A stretch of DNA of 64,000 nt from Octopus sinensis. Its lineage: Eukaryota. Position numbers and translations under genes: made by a program. The stretch lies in contig NC_043004.1 in NCBI RefSeq assembly GCF_006345805.1, positions 28,520,001 to 28,584,000 of the forward strand. Reading direction: 5' to 3'. Each line of letters begins with the position of its first letter. Position 1 is the first letter of the stretch. The notes beneath the pieces were generated by a model, which saw nothing but the letters and a program-made list of their open reading frames with translations, was not told where the DNA came from and did not search any database. Positions 12,668 through 25,899 of the stretch are shown piece after piece.

Positions 12668-12773
12668 AAATTATGGAACGCTTCAAGAATTTGCGTGTCA
12701 TCCTTGCGCAAGGGCTATGCTAATCTTCTCTGTATCTTTTCAATTTTAGAATATGTACCGCCGTAGCCAGTAA
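12668..12773 (-). pseudogene. U6: Full-length U6 snRNA copy, probably a retropseudogene, antisense in the BMI1 intron
   Basis: Reverse complement TTACTGGCTACGGCGGTACATATTCTAAAATTGAAAAGATACAGAGAAGATTAGCATAGCCCTTGCGCAAGGATGACACGCAAATTCTTGAAGCGTTCCATAATTT aligns without gaps to recalled human U6 at 93/106; ACAGAGA box and AGC triad intact; first base is T rather than G. Confidence 0.95.
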
Positions 12774-13153
12774 GTTTGCAAACTTTACATATCATTGTTA
12801 TCTATTGGACATTTATTTTTATTATTTCTCTCCTTATTCCTATTTCCACTAAGTCTTTTAAAATAATTGCTACTGTTAGTAACTCTCGTGTTATTAGAGC
12901 AACTGTGATTTTGTGCATAATACTTTGCATAATACTCCTGGTTTTGTGCATAATACTTTAACTCCTGGTTATACCCAGCTTTGCTGAGTGTCATGTTATA
13001 ACGATATTCACAATTAGAATTTGATTTAATGTCTTAAATTGAATTAGTTGGGCATGGAAACGATTGTAGGTGCAACGGATTTGGTGTTGTTCGGAATTGA
13101 ATATGTTCTAAAAAATTAATGTCTATATATCAATTTCTCCTTTTTCGTTTTCT

Positions 13154-13190
<37 letters not shown>

Positions 13191-13196
13191 GTGTGA

Positions 13197-13232
<36 letters not shown>

Positions 13233-13761
13233 CGATAAGCATGTGCGTATGCCAACACGTAAATATAATAGTACCTCTATGTACCTGCATACATGATATT
13301 ACAAAGATAAGTATATACGATTGGCAAAGAATAATAGCAACAACCTGCTTACAAATATCGCAGAACATTGTAAATTGATCCATTGTTTGGCGTGGATACA
13401 CTTGACAATGTGGCCACGGGGATAGAAACATCCAAACAAGCATAAAAAACATCCAAATAAATAAATACATTATACTAAATGTGTTTAACAGGGAAAAAAT
13501 TGATGTTGCTGGTAAGCTGGTTAAGAATAGAATAAAATTCTATTCAGATCGCGTCTGCATGCATACATTATTAGTAAATGGCTACAGTTCTTATATAAAT
13601 ACAGAAATTTTATTTTTTATTTTTTTTATTATATTGGTGTGTAAACAGTTTCAAAAGCTTCTAATCTTTAGAAAATATCTCTCAGAATATTTTCAGGAAT
13701 ACAATATGTGTCGCGCTAATTCAGTTTTGTTGCGTATCTGAATTGATATATCGATTTTTCT

Positions 13762-13803
<42 letters not shown>

Positions 13804-15319
13804 ATCTCTCTTTCTTTGGCTTTGGCTTTGTCTTATGCATGTTCTTTCTCTTTCTTTTGCTCTCTCTCCATTTTGCTCTCTCTCTCTTTCTCTCTCTCCC
13901 TCTCACACTCGTCCTCTATTTTTTTTTCTAACGATATACACGGTGAAATGCTTTTTTAAACGGGAAATTGGAGATTAAATAAACAGTAAATGGAAGGTAT
14001 TTTGTGCTTATTTTTATTAACCCCAATGAAGAGATAAAAGATAAACTTAACCTTGTCTTGATACGAACGCTGAACGTTAAATAAGTAGCACATTTTGGTC
14101 TTCTAGCTTAAATTTTGAGAGATTATGTAACCTTTCAGGTATGACCGTCACATAAGTAGAATGCTTTGCAACATTCGTTCTAATATCTGCATTGGAGAAC
14201 TTGTTTCAACTGAGTGCATTCTGTTCCAAGGAATTTATAGTCGATTATTCGCAGTATCCGAAGATGATCGCCAATTTAGGCTATGGATTAATGCTTAGTT
14301 GTTGATAAATTACCTGCTGAACTTCAAACTGATTGATTGCTATAAGGCCTGGGGGTTGTAAACTTTAAAAGTCAAGAAAAGAGTGTAATAAAAGGCCAAC
14401 TTGACAATAAACTGATTCAAACAGTAAATACTTAGAAAATACCTCCCATGGAGGCCAGTAACTTTTCATCCTTCCAAGATAGAAAGACATAACGTACCAG
14501 TCAAATACTAAGCTCTGTCTAATCGATTGTGAACTTTTGAAACCAAAGCGGGAAACAAGCAGAATCGATAAAATGTTGGACAAAATATCTTGCAGTATTT
14601 AGTTGCTTTCATTCTTGACGTTCGCAGTACATGTCAAGCCGGATTGGGCTTTATCTATCATAACAGTCAATCGGTGGTTAATTTCACCTATTGTTAACCT
14701 TCTAAACAACTGCGGCATTGTGGGAATATTATAACGAGAATTACAATAACTTATACTTTTTTTTTAATTTATACACTAGCTTATTTGATTCCAATATTTG
14801 ACACAACACTACAGACTAATTAATCGATTCTGGATTCAAGAATTACAAGTTTAGATTAACCTTATTTTTAGTATAAATAATATTCTTTCCTTTACTTTTT
14901 TTATTTGTATTTCTTCTGATTCGAGATAACGCAAAGCGGCGACATATCCTGGAATGTTTCATTGAATCTATCATAGGCGCACTCATGGTTTACATGAAGG
15001 CAAGGAAACTTTAAATGATGAAGCACCCATTTCAAAAGTTAGCATACAGTACTATTTACACGAGAAATATTAATACCAGTTACACACACACATGTATGTT
15101 TATGTATACATGTGTGTGTACGCGCGCGTGTGCACGTGTGCAAATATAATGTATTTATCCATATATATATATATATATTATTAAACTTTGAATAATTTTG
15201 ATATATATTTAAAATAATATAAATTAATTAATTTTATGTATTGGCTTAAGTCTTTCATTGTTTGATTTGCCTAATAGTGGTTTTATGTCTAATTTAATAT
15301 AATATATATATATATATAA

Positions 15320-15730
15320 GACATAAGAATCGGATTAAAAGAATCAAGCAGATCCCCCAGTAAGCACTCCAGGTGAGGACCCGTCTGTCTCGTCCAAAGA
15401 TAATTAAATTCCAATGTAATTTAACATAACCAAGCAACCGAAAATCCGGGATATATAAACTGTAATATTTGCATTTCAGAATGTATAATAGTCATATAAA
15501 GCAAAGAGGGGTAAGAGGCAAAACATTTTCATATTTTTGTAGATGTTTCAGCTATTTCATAATCTACTCAGAATTACATTATCAATCTCAATGTAGTTAT
15601 ATGTAATAATATATGTAATTTGTAGCAGAGGAGTCTATTGTGAGAATTCTGTACGGTAAATGAAGTCGGGTCCTCAGCTGGAGTGCTTACAGTGTGTTCT
15701 GCTAGGTTCTTTTAATCCGATTCTTATGTC
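15320..15730. repeat. Foldback with 64-bp inverted arms
   Basis: 15320-15383 versus reverse complement of 15667-15730: 57/64 identical; no clear TSD. Confidence 0.88.
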
Positions 15731-16689
15731 ATTCAGTTAAATTATAGTTAGTTTAATATATTTTTTTTACAATTTCTATATCTTATGTTTGCGATTATTT
15801 GCGAATTTTATTAATTTAGCAGTTCTTGTACGCAAATAGAACCGTATAACTCAGTTTTCTTTCATATGTACTTAATCTTATGGAGGCACAACATAGCCAA
15901 ATGTATATAAGAAAACTGGCTTCGCAGGCTCGTGATTCCGAAATCGATCATACTACGCGGAATTTCTGGTAAAAGTCATTTTCTGTAGCTTTAGGTAGAC
16001 CCGTCCTGTGTGATTGAGATTGGGCAGATGGAAACTGTATAGGAACGCGTCGAGTGGTTTGTATTATTATTCAAAAGCTAAAACCTTGTCACATTGTGTC
16101 ATAAAATTATGCTTGAGAATTACCATAAGGGTAATTGTCAACAACTTCTGTTATTAGAAGAGAACCGCCGATGCAATTTTAGTTTATCAAATTTGATTTA
16201 ATACCAACCCCAAACGTAATTCTCATAAGGGATTGTTATAAAAATAATCTTATAATGATTCCTTCTATAGATATACATGCATAAAACTATTATGTGTGAA
16301 ATTTACAATTTCACACATAATTATAGAGAGAGTAAAAACATTTCACAAATTGTTATTGGTACAAGCAACCAGTAGAATAAAAACAAAATGGCTAAATCTA
16401 ATACTTTTTACTTGCTGCCTGAATTCCATTTCTTTATTGACCAAATACTCGCCTATATTCAGTTAACAATTTTAAGTAGTTTATTATTGTTTCATTTCTC
16501 CCCTATCTCCCCAAAATTTCCTTTCACCTACCCAACTACGGATCTTTATTATGATATTTTTTTTACCACTGAACCATTTTATTCAACTACTAGAATAAAA
16601 TTCCTTTCATTGTAATTTGTATAAGACATGTGTGTTTGTGCTACGCGTAGGAACATGATGAGTAATGATGCATACTACACCCATGGAGA

Positions 16690-16960
16690 ACTGTCGTTCT
16701 TAGTCGCCTGAATCACCTCTCCTAACAATGATCACCGCAGAGAGTCAAACTATCTGCGAAGCTGCAAAAGATATAGTTCCACTACACAGATCAACCACTG
16801 GGAGAGGTTAAAGAAACTGACCATTTAGTTTCGAGAGAAAAGACGCAAAAGACGTATCCAGTGATATACAAATGGAAGGACCTGGAAGGTTTAGCGCCCA
16901 ACTTTGGAAGTGAAAATTATACCAATCACCGAACTGGACGGTACTGCGTAGTCCTGTTCA
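16690..16960 (+). mobile_element. CR1/L2-group LINE ORF2 C-terminal remnant
   Basis: WERLKKL...RR....VIYKWKDLEGLAPNFG...TNHRTGRYCVV; same family as 48937-49345. Confidence 0.75.
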
Positions 16961-16967
16961 TCTACAA

Positions 16968-17217
16968 CAGAGCTTCTCAACCATTTTTTTTTTACCTCTC
17001 TGATTACTATTTTACTCTGATGCACCCACGTTACCATTCGGTGCTTAAAAAATTCTATCTTGTTTATATTATTGAATACTGTTAGGGATTGTATAAAACT
17101 ATTGCTAAGATATATTGTGTATTGTAGAAGTAAAACCAATTGATTGTACATAAATTTTAACAACAAAATCTTACATGGACCCTCAACGGTCATACGGATC
17201 ACGGTTGAGAACTTCTG
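16968..17217. mobile_element. 250-bp hAT (Charlie/MER5-like) MITE
   Basis: 15-bp TIRs CAGAGCTTCTCAACC / GGTTGAGAACTTCTG (13/15); 8-bp flanks ATCTACAA and ATTTAGAT each one mismatch from the NTCTAGAN hAT target consensus. Confidence 0.7.
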
Positions 17218-19739
17218 ATTTAGATGGTGCATAGCTTAGGGAAGAATAAACGATCGAGTCATCTACGTATAAGTGAGCGTTCTTGGATTGGACAGCAATA
17301 AGGTTATTGATGGAAGAGTTGGCGGCTAGAACTGAACCCCAAGGTTGATGTAGTATGTGCTCCAACTGTGCGATGTGATAGGAAACTATAAAACCAAGGG
17401 ATAAATTATGGGTGGGGATCGAAGCCGAGAAAGTTTGATAGAATTTATGTGAGCCAAAAACGGGAGAATATTTTGCTGATGTCTAAGGCAGCAACATTGA
17501 TTTTGCCAAACTTTTTTAAAGCCACAACCTACAGGTGAATGAAAAAAAGAGTTGATCAACATTGAACCCGGCGCTGCGAAATCCGTACTAGAGGTTACTG
17601 AAGAACAACAAAGAAAGAGAGAGGGAGGGGAGGGAAGGGAGAACGCTTAAGGTTGATGTAGAGCGTTATTGTGAATGGCTGTTTTCTTTACCTTAAAGAT
17701 GTTAGAAATAAGGGCAATGAGATACCGGACAATGTCACTAAGGTTTGCTTTTTGTAGTCTACTTTCAAATATCAGTCTCTATCACAGTAGGATGTGAAAG
17801 ACTAAAGGGTTTGTTGAGTATAGGAAGTATAGGAGCAGGTTTTGCGGTGCATTTTTAAAGTATACTGGAAGGAATATTATCACGGTTGGTCGCATTTTTT
17901 ATTCTTCTTTTCTGGGTGACCTTGAGAATATTTGAGAAAATATTTTCACAATATATATATAGGCAGAAAATATCGTAAGAGATAGAAAGATAATGGGTGG
18001 GTGTACAAGAGGAGAGAGTCCGTTAAATTTTGTGTACCTTTAGTCGCAATAAAATAAATCAATTTCCGCCAGTTTCGACAATGAGTAGTTCACTTATTTG
18101 ATCAACTGAACTTGCTTTTACACTAAAGTTTGTACCCTTAAATTAATCCTAAAGTGGTATCAGCATTGACACATTGTAAGAAGTCATGTCATTTGAAATG
18201 CAAGTGCAGCCACTATGTAGAGTTTCTATATGTTTTCTGTCTATCCAGTTTCACTCACATGACTTGGTTTTTCCAAAGTGCATGCAAAAAGAAACCTGTG
18301 CAAATTAGGGTGCTCATGATTCCGAAGTAAACTTCTTAATCTCTCACTCGACTATTCTTTACTGATAACAGCTTCGATTCCAATACCAAAACTTATAGGT
18401 GGTGGTACACAACCCAGCCACATTTCAGATGTTGTTTGGAAGGAGTTAGTTATCAAATTGATGCCCATTTATGAGAATGGACATTGTATTTGCTTACCAT
18501 TGCTTCTGTTATTGATTACATATTTGTAAAGACGAAACTATTTCAACAGTCACACTTTCAAAGTGACAAAGCTGCATTCAGTCAACATTTTCTGCGCACT
18601 GTACTGTTAAGATTATTTGTCACACTTTTACAGGAAAGCTTGCTGCGATAGACTAGCATTCTATTTCTCATTATGCATCGATATCGAAATGAAAATACGA
18701 TTGGGATCCTAAAATTAATTTCAGAAGAGATCATTTCACAGATAATTGGAAGTTCATGAAGTTCTAAAAAATGAAGCATGTCGGTAACTGGGGTTAGCAT
18801 CAGCCACAAGGTAGCAAATAAACAGCAGTCTTTCTGAAAATAACATGTACATTAATCAATGATTCGTTTGAGCTATAACGTTGTGATCTCATTCAAATGA
18901 GAACTTCTCTCTTGATCTACTCTGGAGATAAGAGCGAATAGAGAAATGCATTTTCCAAAAGTACGTGTTTTCAACAAAAGTAACTCATATTGCTTGAGGT
19001 AATACAACTTACTCATTTTAACAAAGCCGTAAAATCTGTGATACATTTTTTCATTGATTATGACTAGAACAAGGGTTTATGCTTAAAGCAGAATTGTTAG
19101 AAAAGAATTTTTGAATCTTCGTGATTCTAGAAGGAAAATTATTCTTTTGGCTCGTTATCTTATAATTGCTGGTGCAGACACAAAAATATTTTATAATTGG
19201 CTTAATTTTCAAATCATTATACTGCTTGATTGGATTTCTTGTGATTAGTAAAGCAAAGTTCGAGGAGAGATTGTCGTTACAAATAAGTCTATTGGAAATA
19301 TATTTAACACATATTTCTAAAATTTAATGTTCGTTTCTCTTAGATTAAAAACCTGTTATTATTTTCTACTTCACTGCCTAATGTGACTTATTTGTCCAGT
19401 AGATCGATGCTGGATTCATTGAAAACTTCAATTTTAAAAGTTAAATTAGACATAATTAAATAAATTACTTTCGCTTTTAGACTAATCAATTATCTGTTTA
19501 TAGTATGCTTTGTAGCTGAAGCTGTATTTTGTTTTCGGATTTTCCCCTTAGCATACATTCCAATTTATAGCTTCTTATGCAGATATTTCCTCTCTACGAA
19601 CAAATGCCTCATTAACTATAAATTTCAATACCGAACTAGGATTGCTATTTTAAAGCAAATTTATTTACCTAATATGCAGTAAACTTTTTCGAGGATTATG
19701 GTATATTATTAAGGAAACTAAATAGTATACTAAGTAGCA

Positions 19740-19995
19740 AAGAGATAGTATACCAAACATGTAGGAGATAGTAGAGATAGTATACCAGATAATATGCTGG
19801 GTAATATTCTAGATTCTATGCTATATCATATTCAGATAATATACTAGAAAGTTTAGAAGGTAGTATACAAGACAGTATTCTAGGTACTATATGAATCAGA
19901 ACGCTGGATAATATACCAGTTAGTATATTGGAAATAATACTATATGGTACACAAGACTGTAAACTAGATAACATCCCAGATGTTATCCTAGATAG
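19740..19995. repeat. Decayed minisatellite of about 12 bp (GATAGTATACCA-like)
   Basis: Recurring GATAGTATACCA / GATAATATACTA / GACAGTATTCTA / GATAATATACCA units. Confidence 0.55.
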
Positions 19996-22187
19996 TGTGT
20001 GGTTATTGTTTAGCTCAGATCATCTCAGATTTCATTCCGCAAACCTATGATTAAATGCATTCTAGCTTTATTTTTAATGATGTCATGTGTCCTCCGCCTT
20101 TTCATATGACAGTTTGTAATTTGAGGGAGATCTGGTTGTTACTTGTAGTAAGTCATGCAACAATGCGACATAGGATCTCTCATTGAATCGCGATAAAATT
20201 ATATTTTGATACTCTACCTTTCTGACTCAAGTTCTGCTCAACATGTCTCTATATGTCTGAATAGGATGGGATCAACTACATTACAAATGGATGTCCCAAC
20301 AAATCATTGCTTTTCTTATTGAGAGTAACAGTCTAGTACAAGATATAGACTACCATCCCAACGAGGTCCGTTCTGATTCTCATAAAAAATTTTTTTTTAG
20401 TTATTTACTTTAACAATACCTTTTATAAGACATCTAAGTCTCATATTCCAGTATATACAGTTCTTTGGAATATAGCACCATTTTAGCTCAGAATAGAAAT
20501 TAGTGCTGGGAGCCATATTATTTACTCATATAAAGTAAGGCCTTATATATTGTATATGACCACACTAATTTTAGTTTTTATCTTCCAAAAATATTTATCT
20601 CCCATACTGGAGATAATTAAAGAATTGTCATAATTAGCATACTTTTAGAGGCATGGAAAATGGATGAAAAAGTACTAAAGAAATGTATTACAAGAGTTCG
20701 TTTCGAACTTATGGATTCTGTGTTTAAAAAATTGTCGATGAATATTTTGGTCTCTAAAGCCTCTGTATCAATTTTGCTTTCTTACTAAGTCACTGGATAT
20801 CATACTTGTACAAGGTTGTGTTAATTTTCGATTCAACGTTATAAATGACAGAAGAATATCCAATTGTTTAGAGCATGGAATGGAAGACGACAGTGCAGGT
20901 TCGATTTGTTTTACGTCGCAGCTCCGAAAACAGTTGCAATTTTGGTTTCTTTTCTTTAACAAGGTGTCACAGAATAACACGAGAGAAGTATAGCTACAGA
21001 AGTGGCGAACACTTGATTTCGATCTCGATGTTGAAGGAGTCAAAGTCGACCACGAAGTTTTAATCTCAGAATACAGATGCCACGAAGTTTTAATCTCAGA
21101 ATACAGAGGACACAAGCCGACGAGGTCGGCTTGCGCGAAATAGCAGCAAAATTCTCCCTACCCAAAAATCTTAGAAACGACAAGAACTTATATGGTAGTT
21201 TACATCGTTCGAAATAGCTGCCAAATATCTTATCAAATTATGCCCAATCTTCCTTAAATAATCTATTCCTTGAATCTAAGTATCAACATTTATTCCAACT
21301 GGGGCTATCCTTCTTAAAGTGGTAGTTTAGCTCTAGTTCGAATACCTTTGATCACAGATCTATCTATTCGATGAGGATTTATATCTGGGGCTATGCAACA
21401 ACCAAAGCAGAAAGGAAGGAAAACTTGATAATGTGCTCTTAGATACATTAGGTGGAAGAAAAGTCACATTAGATAATATAATCGTACATATTTCTAAAAC
21501 GTGGGTTAGCATGTCTGAAATAACTATAGTTCTACTCGGTCATGGATCACCCGGGACTAGGCAAGAAAACAAAAAAAAATATGACAGACAACCCAGTATT
21601 TTATCCAATTTCAAGCAATCTACTACCTGAAAAACAACTCCTAAAATGCTGGTTTATAAATAGAGTAACGCCGGAAAGTTTGTGAGTGGGTCAGTCAGTC
21701 AAATTAAATGCTACTTACATTACTGAAAAGAGCCACTACATATTTATCAAATCGTTTCTTCCGACCACCAAGAAAGAGACAAAAGAATAAATAGTGGCAA
21801 TATAATTATTCTTATGCGTGGTTTTTTCTCTATCATAAGCGTTATCTTGCATGGTGGAAGTACTTTTCTAAACCTCATTCTTATTTTCATTAGCACCATC
21901 ACAAATATAATTAGATACTTACGATTGCCATCAAAACTATTTCCAGTTTGGTTACGGAGATTATCGTTTGTTCTTTTTGACATCGCATGTGAACAAAACA
22001 TATGCGGTCATATTGATCACGTATCTGGTCTTTTTAAAGGAAACACATGAGGAAATATATATTTATCTTTCCTATGAGAAAATTTCTCAGGTGGAAACTC
22101 CTCTTATCCGTGCGTGTGCGTCTGTAGTGTAGTGTGGTGTGATGCGTGTGTATGTGTGTGTATGTGTGAATCTATGTATCCATGTGT

Positions 22188-22222
<35 letters not shown>

Positions 22223-22849
22223 CAATAGACAAATACGAGCATATGGAACAGTATACAATATAAATTCTTGAGGTACTAAAATTACGTCCGCCTCTAGATG
22301 GCGTTTAACAATTACCAAATGGTAACTGAAAACAGCTTCCGCGTGATAAGGGGAAATAATCAAAAGGATCAAGCTTAGCCCAAAGCTGATACGCCATCAA
22401 GGAAATAGACAGGTTTATTGCCTGGAGAAAAGAGCATGCATTTGTTTTTCGCATTCAAGCTTTCCGGCCAAATTAGGTTTTCGTACGGTTGTGTGGCTAT
22501 GTGTGTGTGTGTGTGTCTGTCTGTGTACATATTTATTATACACACGTACACAACCACACGCGCTCGCGCATATACATATATGCATGTATCACATAAATAC
22601 ACTCACGCACGCATTCACACATATCGTACTACAAATTTCAAACCCCTGTGGTGCGTTTTAAATATCACACGAAAACTGTAGGATTGAATGATTAAAGACA
22701 ATACTCTTTTTGTATTTCATTGTAGCTGTTTTAGTGTCATCCTCGTCATCATTATCATCATCATCATCATTATAATTATCATCCTTGTCGTCCCTTTTTT
22801 TCCACGACAACCGCCACCTCCTGAAATACATAGTAGAGTCGGTTGTTCG

Positions 22850-23750
22850 GGAACAGATCTAGCTGGATCACCACTTTGTACAGCGGCATCTCTTCTATGT
22901 TCAAATTAAACGGTCACCACTTGCAACTGTTTTGCCTCGAACACTTTGGCCGTCAACGACATGGTTCCCTGTGTTTCAGCTCCTAATCCTTTGTTCAATA
23001 TGTAAATTTTGAGGACTTTCCCCGCTTCAACTGGAATACAGGAAAGCCGTGTCATCAACATACGCAGATGAGATAACTATCGTGGAGTTAGACATTGTAG
23101 GCATAATAGCCGTCGACACTAAACTAAACAGTACTAGTTATGTCGGTGAGTTTACAGCTGGTACACGGAGAGAAAAGTCTATGCAGGGTGCCAATGATTC
23201 CTATCGCTGAACCCAGGCCGAGTAGAGTTCTCAGATTAGTTCAGACTAGGTTTCCAAGTGGAAAGGAACTAGGAAGAGGTCGTGATTTGGCTGGTCAATC
23301 TCATTGAAAAGTGAATCTGAAGGAAGCTGTCCTTGAAAGATAGAGCAGAACTAGTTCATGCACACATTGAATCAGTAATATATTACTGTCTGATTTTAGA
23401 TTACTATAGAGGGTAAATTGAAGGTATGGGGTGACAATGGATTTTTTTACTCTGGTCATAATTGAATACAGTCTGAGAAGCCTTTTCTGGAGGTCTTCTC
23501 TCTCGAATACTATGAAAAATAAAATTCAGATGTCCTTTTCTGGGTAGTTCTACAGGGGACCATTGCCTACTAGCGTCAAGCGTGATTTGCGGCTTGTAGG
23601 ATGCAGCTGCTGTAACGTTTAGCTTGAATCCGACAATAGGAAAGATCGTAGTGCCCTCTTTCTTCAGTAAGGAAGCGAAGCAAATATTTCTCTACATGGT
23701 GACTGTGATGTAAGAGATTATGTGAGGGACTCATCTGAAAGGTTTGAGTA
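22850..23750 (+). mobile_element. Decayed L1/Tx1-like reverse transcriptase remnant
   Basis: AVSSTYADEITIV near 23046-23085 (cf. YADDITV) in a GC-richer, coding-like stretch with many stops. Confidence 0.45.
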
Positions 23751-24850
23751 TGGTAATTTACCTGTCTAGTCAAGCCTTCGTTTATTTTTGGAATGATCAG
23801 TTGAAGAGAAAGGTGAGAGTACTGTTGATTTTCTTTTAATCTATGCAAACCCTACTTTTTGTATGATGTATATCGTTGTTTTATATTATCCTTAATATGT
23901 GGGTCTTTGTGGCCAATGAAAGAAATTTTCATAATCATCATCGTCTTTGTTATATTTACTGAAATCAGGCTGTGTTGTCTACAAATGACATTATAAAGTA
24001 TATTACTTTCTACCAACTGACATTTATTTTTAAAAGACTTAATAATACTAGTCTACTGCTTTATATGTAAGAGGGTTTTAACGTATTTAATCTATTGAAT
24101 GAGTAGCCTAGATACAAATATGCAGTTGTAAATTAAAAAGGCTATTATACAAAATTATTTTCATTTTTCAGTAAGTATGAGTTTCACCATACGTCATGCT
24201 TTGGCCTACTTCTGCCCTGTCCAACCAAGTTTACATTCTACCTATCTTGCATGGAATAATGATGAATGGGTCATGGAATACAAATACAAAATCGTTCATT
24301 ACAATACACCATCCATCTGAAGCCAATATATATACATTTTCACTCCGTTACTTTCAATATTTAAGTTAGTGTTACTTAATTAAATGCGAGGAGCATTAAA
24401 AATTAACAAATATAATTTCAATTACTTAATGATGAGTAATAAATCTTATTAGACAAGGAATAATACTATTCAATTATTTCGGCAAATTCGAGATATGTTC
24501 CTGGACCTGTTTCCGTATTTATAAATTCATCAGTAAAGTACAAAGATGAAAGGACGTCTGCAGTTGTCTCTCAAAGTTGCTGAAATGATTAACATTTGAT
24601 TAGTCATTAGCTAATAACTTTTCTTCACCACATAAGTATTAAATACCTCATGTATTAAATACATTAACACACACACATATTTCTTGTCTGAAATCAGGAT
24701 TTGTAAGTTCATTACCTTAATATCAAGCCATTACCAACAATTATGTTAATGGCAAATAAACGCTAACATCACAAAAATGAAAAGAACAAAAGTTTAAGTC
24801 GCAAATATCTGATAGATTAATTTATAAACTTCGCACAATTTGTGTGGCAA

Positions 24851-25453
24851 GGCGGCGAGCTGGCAGAAACGTTAGCACGCCGGGCGAAATGCTTAGCGGT
24901 ATTTCGTCTGCCGTTACGTTCTGAGTTCAAATTCCGTCGAGGTCAACTTTGCCTTTCATCCTTTTGGGGTCGATTAAATAAGTACCAGTTACGCTCTGGG
25001 ATCGATATAATCGACTTAATCCGTTTGTCTGTCCTTGTTTGTCCTCTCTGTGTTTAGCCCCTTGTGGGTAGTAAAGAAATTGGTATTTCGTCTGTCTTTA
25101 TGTTCTGAGTTCAAATTTTACCAAGATCAACTTTGGCTTTCATCCTTTCAGTGTCGATAAATTAAGTACCAGTTGCGTACTGGGGTCGATCTAATCAACA
25201 GGCCCCCTCCCCAGAAATTTCGGGCCTTGTGTCTAGATTATAAAAAAATATATAAAATATAAATTTGTCTGACTTTACGTTCTGAGTTCAAATTCATCTG
25301 TCTTTAGGTTCTGAGTTCAAATTCCGCCCAGGTCGACTTTGCCTTTCATCCTTTCAGGGTTGATAAATTAAGTACCAGTTGCGTACTGCGGCCGATCTAA
25401 TCGACTGGCCCCCTCCCTCCAAAATTTCGGGCCTTGTGCCTTGGGTAGAAAAG
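24851..25453 (+). mobile_element. Family C SINE followed by two tandem headless units
   Basis: Three TTCTGAGTTCAAAT..CTTTCATCCTT..AAGTACCAGTT blocks starting near 24920, 25103 and 25310; units 2-3 end in the GGCCCCCTCCC..TTCGGGCCTTGTG tail. Confidence 0.9.
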
Positions 25454-25899
25454 TATATTTAAAATGTAATGCACAGATTCTTTTTTTTCGGATCCCGCTT
25501 TTCCATGTTTAAAAATGTTATTCTTCTGCTATAATGAGAAATAATTTTTTTTTTCTTTTAGTAAAGTCACAGTTGTGGTAATAGTGGGAAACACAAACAC
25601 TGCATAATTAGGATAGCTGTATTCTTTCTTGAGAGGACGCGGAAGAAAAAAGCGAAGTTAATTCAAATTCAAATATTAATTGAAATATTGATTATAAAAT
25701 TCATATCGACAACTCCAACACTAAGCATTATATCGCATATAAGAGAGGTCGTTCGACTTTCAAGAAGTATTACCTACATCTTTTCAAATGAAATGCTATT
25801 TGTTTTCTTTATATAAAGGAACGCTATATTAGATACTGTTGCTAAATAAAAACTGGAATATTACTATTCGAACGACTTTCTCATCCTAATTTCAGACAT

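Noticed and set aside
21051-21110. Two near-perfect 27-bp direct repeats with 30-bp period (CRISPR-like at a glance)
   Set aside because: No spacers, eukaryotic context; a tandem duplication in a degenerate minus-strand family C SINE piece.
24495-24540. Minus-strand CTGATGA-ATTTATAAATACG-GAAAC-AG-GTC hammerhead-like string
   Set aside because: Core motifs are in order, but helix I does not pair, helix II lacks its closing pair and the helix III loop is 2 nt; at best a dead relic.
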